Shown: positions 1 through 11,000 of the stretch, piece after piece
How the letters are laid out: each line of letters opens with the position of its first letter
How positions within the stretch are numbered: the first letter of the stretch is position 1
Source: Sphaeroforma arctica JP610
Lineage: Eukaryota
Assembly (NCBI RefSeq): GCF_001186125.1
Contig: NW_014040148.1
Location: forward strand, 47,993 to 67,992
Length of the DNA stretch: 20,000 bases
Direction: 5' to 3'
The notes under the pieces: generated by a model
Database searches by the model: none
What the model was told of the DNA's origin: nothing
The model's input: the letters and a program-made list of their open reading frames with translations, nothing else
Position numbers and translations under genes: made by a program

Positions 1-290
1 CAGATACAAGGTAATATTATAGTGATTTATAAATACATACTCGGCAGTTTGAATATGCAAATGAATGAAATTATGGTCTGCTTTTCGGGATCGTACTCAA
101 ATAGAATATTATATTGCATAGAATGTGGTTCACGATCTCGCCCCTCTATGTGCTATATTCGGGAAAGCTGTTGCTTTTACTAGATCTTCGATTAGGTGCA
201 TATCTTACCGAATACATACAATCGTCGGATTTGCGTGCGTACCAGAATCCGAACCTGTTCAGCTTCCAGTTTATCCTGCGTAAAGTTCAT

Positions 291-1790
291 AGGGTATGGT
301 TACGCTATCACATAGGGTTACTATAATGAAATACTTGTCAATATTGCTATCTTGGACGTCTAATAGGCGATACGACCGAGCACATTTGCTTGTTTTAGAT
401 TGTACTAAATATAGGTCCGGACAAAATAATGGTCATGATATAGCATGGATTATATCTCGTTAATAGCTCAGATCGGACAATACAAAACTTACAAAATTCA
501 GGATAAATGGAAAGTGAAGAAATCGATGTAAAAAAGTTATACGAAGGTAGCCACGGACAAAGTACTCGTGTCCATTAGAAAATGTTGGAAACTCAAGATT
601 GTTATGTCAAATCAAGACAGTTAAGATCACTAATAGGAATATACAACATTGCACATACATTATATATAAGTGATTACATGTGCAACAAACTCACAAATCT
701 TAGATCTAATAAAACCTGAAGAACTTTACATTGAAAATCATATGCAAAGTATTCCTGACTTCTTTGACAAAAGACAGTGTATAAGAATAAGCGGATATGC
801 CATTAAAAGCGAAATAAACAGTACATTTGGCCACGCAACCTTTATCTGCGTGCGGCATTTCTCGTCCAATTTTATAATTTTTTTAGGAGTCGACATAAGT
901 GCATTCATTAAGATTGCTCAGAAGGTTCACATCGTAAACCTAATCAGCTTGTGAATTTTTGTACAATTTTATGCATATAGTGATGACCGGTTGTTTTCGA
1001 AATATATTTAGCGGCCTCTGATGCGCGACATGATAGAGCATGTATAAAATAGGTACCGATTACGCTATCACATTGTAAGGGTATTGTAGTGAAGTATCTG
1101 TGAATATTGCTATCTTAGACGTCTAACAGGCGATATGGCTGGGCACAATTTCTTGTTTCCAGATTTTATCATAACGATCATAAGCCCAAGCACAAGTATG
1201 GTCATACTAGGGCATACAATATATAACACTAATCACCCACACCGCATATATAAAACTCCCAAAACTCGGGATAAATGAAAGCGAAGTACTCTATATATGA
1301 AAAAGTGATACGAAAGAAGCCACAGACAAAATACGTACGTTTGAACTATAGAAGTTCATAGAAACTCAAGGCTATTATGTTAAATCGTGACTATTGAGGT
1401 CACCAATAGAAATATACAACTGCATTGCATTGATAAAATCGTCATCACGCATAACTCGGGTGTATTATTACGGATACTATAAACTCACATAACTCAGTAT
1501 ATTTTAAAACGTAAAGAGATCGACATTGAAAATCACATACAAAGTATTCCTGACTCCTCTGGAAGAAGGTAGTGAGCAAAAATAAGCGGATATGCCATTA
1601 TAAGCGAGAAAAAAAAAGCACAATTAGTCGCGCAACGTTAATTTGCAGGTAAAATCTCTATTTCTGTGTTTTAGTTTTGGAGAAATCAACGTCAGTGCAT
1701 TCCTTACATTTGATTATAATATCCACGTCATGAACTTACTCGGCTTTCACTCCCAACTTCCGCACACTATTATACATATAATGATATGGG
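291..1790. repeat. Diverged tandem duplication, two copies with 760-795 bp period
   Basis: Shared anchors: tacgctatcacat (301, 1061), aatattgctatctt.gacgtctaa.aggcgata, aaagtattcctgact (746, 1541), aataagcggatatgccatta (about 786, 1581). Confidence 0.85.
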
Positions 1791-3720
1791 CTGAATTTGA
1801 AGCTCATCTAGGGCCTTCGATGTGCTGTGTGTTGTGAGCTACGACACATTAGTGCATGTAAATCGTCTAGTTGTCGTATACTTGTATACATCGAACCACA
1901 TTCATACTCGGCCACTAAACTATTAAATGATCGACATACGTCTTTTTATTTCAAGTACACACATCATTATTGTGCGCTATTATGTGGACTACTCGTAATC
2001 CTTTCCATTTGATAAGAATATCCTCATCATGAGCTTATTCGGCTTTCACTCCCAACTTCCGCACAATATTATACGTATAGTGATAGGGGCTGAATTAAAA
2101 ACTCATCTAGGGCCTTCAATGTGCTGTATGTTGTGAGCTACGACACGATAGTGCGTGTGTATCATCTAGTTGTCCTATACTTGTATACATCGGACCACAT
2201 TCATACTCGGCCACTAAACTATTGAATAATTGACATATTTCTTTCTATTCAAGTACACACATCATTATTGTGCGCGCTATCATGTGGACTGCTCGTAGTC
2301 CTAAATCGTACTCATATCATTTTGAATCAACTTTACGAATAGTTAAATAGCAATCTACTAACTAGCCCATGACTAACCTGGCTGGTCCGCACAGAACTGA
2401 AGTTTAGTCATCTTATTTGGCATCTTTTAAGATTGTGTGTTCTGTTGATGTCCACAACGTAATTTAAATACAGAAGATTGCATTCACGCACATATACTTT
2501 GGATACCTGATCAACGACTACAAGGAGACCACAGCATTCGCACGAACGATTTCCATGTTTGTTTATACTAGAGACAGTCACCCTGAGAGTAACAAAACAA
2601 ATGATGATAATAAACTTTAAAACCAATTGATACTGATCCTGAATGCATGGGTGCAAAGTCTGTACCCACACATAAATCATCCAACTCCGCCATGCAAAAC
2701 TTCAAAGTCCGCTTAATTCCGAACTTTACTCCTGTGCGGTTAATCACGGGTCGAGCAGTGCAGCCGCAGAAATTATGAGAGACATCACTCCGAAAAAAAA
2801 GTCGGCTGAGATCGATGTGAAATAACCAAACACACACGTTGTATAAATCGAGTACACATGCCAATTGCATATGAAGACTAAAATGTCTTCTACGATGCCG
2901 CTGTACCCAAATTCTTGATGTATCAAATCTCGACTACACCACTTTTCTAAAGTTTAACAGGTACATTGATGTATAAAAACTTTCTACGTATTATATATTT
3001 GGTACTCACGTATGGCCATTAGAATTGGTCGAATCCGCACACAAATCTAGACATACCGCCAACATATTAAATATAATCCCGATTGACCAGCGATAGATTC
3101 AAGTTGTATATTTAAACCCTGTCACGAACTGCCAGCAACAATATATACACTCGGAACTAATTCTAAATTACAATCTGTGTCGTACTCTGTAAATTTCAGT
3201 CAGATATAGATGTTATGGATAATAATTACTCAAAACAGAAGTATTTGGTGGACTAATATACACGAAGTTGGAATTATGGTGGTTGTGTAAAAATAACAGG
3301 AGTCATATTCATGACTGAGTCCGAGCTAACCTCTATGATGATGTACATTGACCAAATCTGGAATCACGATCGCTTAAAACCCTTTTAGCAACCTTTTGAC
3401 GGCATATGCAGAAAAACAACAAATATACCAACAGAAAAAAATTGAGTACTACCTCAAATCTCTGTAACTGATCCACCCCGTTTGAGTGTGTACACGAAAT
3501 TATTGGAAACTTCGGACCATAGAACAGGCCATATAGCCGACACCAACTTTTTACTAAACAGTGTTGAAATATCTACCAACCAACTCTAATAATACGATTC
3601 CTGTGCACGGTAGATAACATATAATCAACTCTCCTGATGATTTATAGTCAACCACATACAACCGAGTTGCATTTTAAAAAGTCTGAATACACTAGCACTG
3701 TGGAACCCATGGGTTATAAT
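430..3720 (+). pseudogene. Possible highly degraded leucine-rich-repeat coding remnants
   Basis: Short LRR-like peptides among many stops and frameshifts: SIRKCWKLKIV, LYISDYMCNKLTNL, PEELYIENH, LRSPIEIYNCIAL, TQILDVSNL, LKSLNTLALWN. Confidence 0.25.
1709..2302. repeat. Higher-identity tandem duplication, 2 x about 299 bp
   Basis: tcggctttcactcccaacttccgcaca (1740, 2039), ccacattcatactcggccactaaactatt, and ttcaagtacacacatcattattgtgcgc occur in both copies. Confidence 0.92.
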
Positions 3721-4754
3721 AGTATTGGAGTGCCGATGACTGTCTAATATAGCGGCACACGATATCTCGTAGATGTATCATAAAGAATATTCCATGATGT
3801 ATAGCAGCGTCTTTGAAACGCCACTCGCGGTGCACATCGGCTACCTCCCAATAACCAAGAAGTGGGGATTTATATTAGATACAGTCATGATATAATTGTT
3901 GTGAAGATTATCCTGTATTGCCCTGTGATTATCACCACTCGCCTTGAAATGAACATAATATTGTGTACTACCAGTAGGTGGATATTCACCTGCCTCCAAG
4001 GTGCTCATTTAAACCGCTAGATGAGATATAAGAGAACTACAGGTTCTGTATTGTCTCGTGGAGTTTTACACGACGGATTGGATGCAATATCAATGAAATG
4101 TTTTAAAAGGCGAGCAGATAAACGCGAGCAGAGTGTATACCTATAAAGCGTTATAATATGTCAACCGCTTTACTAAGGACGTTCGATGATGTATGACCTC
4201 GATCCTACAAAGTTACTCTGGACTGTATGATATTCACTATACTGTAAACTAGTACGAAAGACCGTGTCAACCCACTTTTCACCTCTATAAGTAATCAAAA
4301 TTATTTTGATGAACCCCTTTACGAAGTTTACAGACATTTCAGCACAGTAATTCGTGTCCATTAAAATGCTCAATGTAATTTGAACTCGAAATTCCTGTGT
4401 ACGCCAAGACTGTCTGTCGTTTTCTAGTTGTCACCACGTTAAGGTTTAAAATCACAAAAATGTATTTGATCTAATTTTCACTCTTTGGAGGGTTTCACGT
4501 TTAATAGTATTTGCTGACAACTATTGTGAGACAGCGGCGATAATCAATTTCTGAACCAAACTTCACATTGATCTTCAGCTGCAAGCACCCGCTTAGTTTA
4601 TTGCATTCTCGTGATTAGACCACGGCGTTAAATTATAGATTGCGAGATGATGACGCAACATTCCTGATGGTGACCGGCGGAGCTCACTAGCTTAATTTTA
4701 CTTTATCCGTACTATGTCCTGCACACTCGACAGGGATGAAGTGATTGAACGAGA

Positions 4755-6310
4755 CATTAAAGTTTTATTGTTTCATAGAGTACATTCCGAAGTGCAAAAT
4801 TTAAGCGTGGCTCTCTCTACCAGGATTCCGTACAAGGAACACACCGCTGTTCAGTAAATTCACAATGGGGGCTTTCTTCTGGGTGAATGCTAACGGCTCA
4901 ATTTGTATCAGCAAATTGCACTCAAATTTCTTAAAATTGACAGCTTTTAAAGTTAGATATATGTGTCTGTATTGTTTACAGAATACTTCGCACAGAGTCT
5001 ATCTTGCCTTTGAGGTTGCCCCAACCAGTATCAGTGTCAAGAGGAGGGTTCTCTGTCATTAAATAATATTGTCGATGAATGTGGCTTCTAATGAATTTAT
5101 GCGCAGCTCTAAACGCATGAGATAGTCGATGGTCATATCGATGTGTTCGCTCCCAATCTTCAAGCTTCAATTGAGAATTGGAAGTACAACAAGAATAAGT
5201 CACGGAAGTCAAATCAGAAAGGATGTGGTCTTGCAAATACTGCTCAAGTTCAGCCTGAAAATTGTAATCGAATTCTACTCTGATCTGTGGTTATATGACA
5301 TAAACCATGACAATAAGAAGTCGCTGAAAATGAGGGTGTACTGATATATAATGAATACAGATATCTTACTATATTCATGGAAATACATCGATGTACTTCC
5401 TCTGCACCTTACAGTCAGTGTCCGTAGCTGAATTTCTGAGGTGTAGGTCGAAGAAATATTTTGATGTGTTTTCTGCGAATTATACACAACCCAGTATTCT
5501 TGATTTGATAATAAGGAACTAGATTCGCAGTAGTGCCCCAGACCAAAGACCAACTTTAGAGATATACTTCCATGCTATTGCCTTCAAAAGCACTTCAAGA
5601 ACGAGTTGAGATATCAATCGTGGTTGCTTAATGTCCTACTTGTTGTCTGTGTTGTACCTCAGAAGAATAATTTGGTGTGTTTCCTGCGAACCATACACAA
5701 CCCAGTAATCTCATACCGCAGCCGCCTTAAGCTCAGACATTCCATACGGACTTGGATTCGCAGTAGTACCTCAGACCAGCTTTATAAATATACTTCCATG
5801 CTGTTGCCCTCAAAAGCACTGCAAGAACGAGTTGATATGTCGATCGTTGTTGTACAATGTCCTACTTGTTGTATGTGTTGTACCTCGGGGAAGTAGTTTG
5901 GTGTGTTTCCTGCGAACCATACACAACCCAGTATTCTTATGCCGCAGCCGCTTTAGGATAAGACATTCCATCACAAGGATGTGGATCCGCAGTTGTGCCC
6001 CAGACCCACTTTAGATATACACTTCCATGATGTTGCCCTCAAAAGCACTTCAAGAACTAGTTGAGATGTCAATCGCTGTAGTATAACTACCTACTTGTTG
6101 TGTGTGTTGTACCTCGGGAGAATACTTTGATGCGTTTCCTGCAAATCATACACAACCCATTCTTTTGCCGCAATCGCCTTAAGATCAGACATTCCATCAT
6201 AAGAACTTGGATCCGCAGTATTGCCCCAGACCAACTTTAGAGATATACTTTCATGCTGTTGCTCTCAAAAGTACTTCAAGAACGAGTCGAGATGCCCATC
6301 GCTGTTACCT
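4755..6310 (-). pseudogene. Probable decayed spliced gene of unknown product, including the 228-bp array
   Basis: One protein-like minus frame runs through each repeat unit (H.NSFL.CF..Q.HGSI.LKLVWG.TADP...WVVY..QETHQ). A GTAAGG..TATCAG intron-like segment lies at 5341-5412, followed by a long frame broken by scattered stops. Confidence 0.35.
5450..6310. repeat. Tandem array of 226-229 bp units (about 3.7 copies)
   Basis: gttgtacctc at 5651, 5877, 6106; tcaaaag.act.caagaac.agt.ga four times (near 5585, 5810, 6040, 6265); atacacaaccca four times. Confidence 0.93.
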
Positions 6311-7943
6311 CGGCCGAATTAATGCTTCTCTGCGCAGGAGGGGAGTCAACCTAGCGTAACACTCAAGCTCGATTCTATATTTTGTAAAGGAAATGAAAAC
6401 CACACCACTTGGTACTATTTACGGCAAAACGTGGTTGTGGCGTTGACATGTCTAGCGACGTTATTTGAATAAGATAACTTGATATTTCGTATTGAATGCT
6501 ATCGGTCATATCATTTACTACTCGATATTGGTGGTATGTTCTAGGTTCGGAGCATGCGGTTGCTCTCAAACACTATCGCACATGAGAAGTTAGAGATTCA
6601 AATCGGTTCATTGCATGCGCCAAAGTAAAAGCCTATTGGTTGCTGATCGTCTTTTGATTTCGAGAGCTCAACAGAATGGTAGCAGCGACCGATAAGGAAA
6701 CCCCCAGATGGATGAATAATGATATCTAAAACGGTCTACCCGCTTGCGTGCATGCTACCTTCCGCCCCAAAGCGAGTCACTTACAGCTGGTCACTAAGGG
6801 GGATTCATGCAGTGGTGTGTAAAGTTTGATTACATCTGATGCACAAATCTTGCACATCATTTACTGGAAAAACTACTGAGAAGATCCACCACATACAATG
6901 GAAAGTAATGCACTAAGCAGATTGTTGACACGGCAATGAACATCGAAAGTGAGTAATACTCAAAGCTAATGTATTTCTGAGGAATCGACGGCGGAGAGAA
7001 AATTCTTATACGTTCTTGACCCCAAGTACTCGCTACAAACAGAAAAATATCTAGACCAGCCTGATAGACTTTCACACATGACATGAGATGAGTTGATTGC
7101 TATTTATTTTGAAACATTCCCGTCCCATTCAACAACAGTGACTTGCGCTGTGAAGGTAAAGTGTATGATTCTAAGTAAACCATTGTCGAGCTCAGTTGTG
7201 GATGTGCGCGGATGGGGTACAGTGTTCAGCAAGCACAGAACCCAATGAAAATCCAGCTCAACATTCGTTGTTATACCAGAGATTCTATCGTTTAGCTTAT
7301 ACGAGATGCCCGGCGGATTGCCGCGCCATCCGAGTACATGCAGATGGCAAGTAAATCTTTAGCGCTCCAGCCACCAGAATATGAGTGGCACTTTGGAATG
7401 ATCTCTTGGAAATGTATAGCTCTACAAAGCTCTATTCTCCTGGCATGCGCATGTTTCATTGAGAAATAACTGAAAATGCGATTGATATTGCATCTTCCAA
7501 GATATTTGTTAAAGTCCTTGTACACGCACGGCGTTTAGTGAGCAGGAGGTGCAAAATCAAATCTATATACCACGGTCAATCTACATCATGTGTAGGTATC
7601 GCATCATTGTTTCCAGTACACAGCCGTGCCATCTCGCAACCGTCACGACAGGCATGCTCATATGGTCGTTTGAACCTCTGGTGGTGCATTTGTGATCCAG
7701 CAATATAGGTCGATAGAAAGAAAGCCACCCGAAGGGTCGATTGAGACACACAGCGCCTGTGGTCTGTCGCAGCCCTCATAATCATTGCGTTCATGTGCAT
7801 CCTACTACTGATTGAGAAGTAGATGTCACAGCATAGGTAGACGAATCTCTCTATTGGCACACTCGACAGGCAGCACGTGTCAATGATGCGTGCGGATGTA
7901 TTAGAGCGGTATTTAATCGCTGTTTTTTGAGTTAGTTCAAGGA

Positions 7944-8090
7944 TCACCTATATCTAGATACAGAGAAACCCGCAGATGGGCATTTTGACGAGTAGTGCCC
8001 CATCTGCCTACATTTGTAGCATTGTATGTTGGAACCCGTCGATGGGTAATTGCGCGATTGCTTCGGACTGATAGTGTTCCAATGTTTCAC
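7944..8090 (-). CDS. PIF1-like terminal exon 19: CCHC zinc knuckle
   Basis: GTGCAG|GTG acceptor; CYKCRQMGHYSSKC (C-x2-C-x4-H-x4-C) at 7980-8021; TGA ends at 7944. Confidence 0.75.
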   Translation of the reverse strand: MKHWNTISPKQSRNYPSTGSNIQCYKCRQMGHYSSKCPSAGFSVSRYR

Positions 8091-11000
8091 CTGCACGTTC
8101 GCGATTATGCAAAATTCGTCATCGAAATGCATACTATTTCTTGTAACATACAGCACAGAGGATACTGCATCGCATTTGGGTCAGGCAGTCTGCTGATGGG
8201 CACTTAGCGGAGTTCCTCTATATATATTCACATGCCATTGGTTACTATCCAATATACGGGGAGTGTTTGATTTGACCCTCAAATGATCTTTTCTAGCTAT
8301 ACTGGCACACAAACTTGGTAATCGCAAAATGAAGTATAATTGATGCTAGTCATTCGCGTGTCGACATACGACAAAGCTTCTTAAAAAATAACCCCCCCCC
8401 CCAAAAGAAAACCCCGTGCCGCGAGAAATAGATGCTGCAACACAGTGTACTCGTCAGTGCACAACCGCATAGGGCCATGTAAAAATTTCACACCACTAGC
8501 AAAGCAATAAACCATGGGACAGCTACTTCCACACACACACACCTCGTTCTCCAAGTTGGTCCTCGCCCATGGTGTGAGTCGCTTGACCAAGTTAACGATG
8601 GTTAATTTAATATCTCTCGGTATCGTGTCATATAATTTGACTTTGTCCACCAATTCACGAGGACCCATTGTCAACCATTTCTTCTCGCCCGTAAGCACAC
8701 ACAGTTTCTAATCAGAATGGGGTCCAAGAAACAGAACATTTTAGTTGGTTTTGGTATATGATAAAACAACAATTAGAAGACAAATATAAACCCCAGATGC
8801 TCTTTGCAAGTTAAACTGGCCTTGTCTAAGGATAGTATGGTTTGTAATGTTGTGCGGCCGTTCATCTATACAAAACAGTGTTGTGTATAACTTTCCAAAT
8901 ATCAGGGGTGAATGCCACGCTTACTCACGAGCTCCGATCAACGATAAGAAACAAAGACTTGTTGAATCCGTTTTATACAATGGACAATATTGTGAGTCTG
9001 CATACATACAATTAACCAAATCGATGAATCTGCAGAGATAAATACAAGTACTGCGACATAGTGTTGTACATACGGTGCACAAAAGTACGAACTCACCCTA
9101 GATAACATGTCTAGCTGAGCCATGATCTGATTGTATATCACCGGTTGCCTGGGCATCTTGATGTCCTTCATGGTCAACATATCAATCATATAGAGTGCCT
9201 CTGGACCCGTTACCCGAGATAGAGCCACTGCAAACGGACGGAACGGTAAGGTAAATAAATTATAACGAGTTGGACAGCCAGAACAGGACATCGGGTTTTG
9301 GAATACGAAAAAGGTCCGCTATGCACGCTGCCATGCATCTCCTTCAGTTTTAAATAGTGATAGGTACGCACGGGTGAAGTGTAAACAAGTGAATTGGTCT
9401 CAGGCAAATACGGATACGAATGCACGTATTAACACACCATAGTAAATAAAATAGACTATTGATTAATTGATCAATTCAGCAGAAACAATACCGAGGGCGC
9501 TGATAATCTATTGTAGACCAATTCGCCCGCAGATATGACAGGTTCACAAATCCCTCTTTTGTACGTACGGGTAGATAATAAATAAAAATTTCGAGCACAC
9601 ACACACACATAAAAAAAGTCCACTTTTATATTGAGGTCATTAGATAGCACTACTCGCTCATCCAGAGGCACAAGCGGTATCGTAGACCCCAGAACACAGA
9701 AGTCCCGCATAAACTACAAAACAAACCCCCCCAGCAAATATGAGAAAAACGTATGATTGTGCGTGACTCACCGTAAGATTGACCTTCTGCAAAGGCCCCA
9801 GCTGTAGATACATTGCCGGCCGTGAGAGTCATCCCCTGAGACTTGTGAATACTCACAGCCCATCCCAGTTTCAAAGGTATTTGCAGACGATAAGTCATAC
9901 CTAGTAGGATGCGAGGTGTGTAGGTGCGTGTAAATGCGCAATCGTGAAGGCATCTAGATAGCACGAATGTGTAGGCTTGATGTCCAGGAGCAGATGAGTA
10001 GGCGATTCCCCATGCAGAAGGGTGGGATAGGATACACTGTTGGTGTATTGAATACACGGGGCTGGCCAGCAACCTATGTCAAGAATTCTCTCTAATAGAC
10101 AGATAATTAAGAAACCAGAGCGCACACAAGAAAATCAATATGTACATTGCAGAAAGACAGGCGCCTACACAGTTGAAATCAGTATTATAACCTACTCGAT
10201 ACGTCTGTCATCATCTCCTTGCCAAAAAAAAGCGTAGACTAATACATCACATACACACCTTGACCCATGACCTCATTCCTGAAGAGACATGGTAGTATGA
10301 TCATCTGTCGCCCATTATTGAACTCGACAACGGGTAATTTCCATTTGTACTTCGCGGCCACTATTTGCAGCAACTCGTGTTCCACCTCGCACTGTTTAAT
10401 CGTTGCAAAAAGGAATGCAGATAGCAGTCTGGGAATCAACAAATCAAGATCGTTACACGAGATTCCTACTGCACTGAGGTTCATACTCGGGGCTGCTGCT
10501 GCTGATTCACACGAATATTTGTAAACACATTCTAGTCTTTGAACCACAATCAACCGCGAGGCTTCGAAACTCTCGCTACACCGTACAACGTAACAAAAGA
10601 GAAAAACGCAAACGCAAACCCGTTTCAAAGTCTACAGGTAAACAACAAATCAGTTTAAAAAGCCAACAGTAGGGCAAAGGCTGACAGCACAGCATCTCAT
10701 ACTTTTGGCGGCCGTAATACTACCCTGTACGTACCGCTCGTTCATCTGAGATTTCACAGGCGCGAGAGCCCCTTGAATATTCTCCGTGCCCAAGGGCTGA
10801 ATGGAGAGCCTCCACCTACGCCGAAAAGATGAAATATATTATTGAAAATGTGCAAAGTTGCCTGTTCGACTGTCTTCTCAGAAAGGAAGCATAGAATCCT
10901 CAATAATGATTTTACTCGAAGCAACACTAACTGCTCTAGTTATAACGCATTGATCTAGCATCTGGTAAAACCCCATGTGCGTATACTTGAGAGAGTACAC

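Noticed and set aside
5450..6310. CRISPR-like array
   Set aside because: Whole units are homologous with no unique spacers, and the context is eukaryotic with no cas genes.
7712..7742. Terminator- or Helitron-like hairpin ACCC-GAA-GGGT next to a T-rich run on the minus strand
   Set aside because: The stem is only 4 bp and expected by chance.
7944..8156. Retrotransposon gag for the CCHC knuckle
   Set aside because: No capsid, protease, RT or LTR nearby, and the knuckle exon splices in phase to the helicase model.
8392..8402. C11 run and nearby (CA)n tracts
   Set aside because: Ordinary intronic simple repeats.
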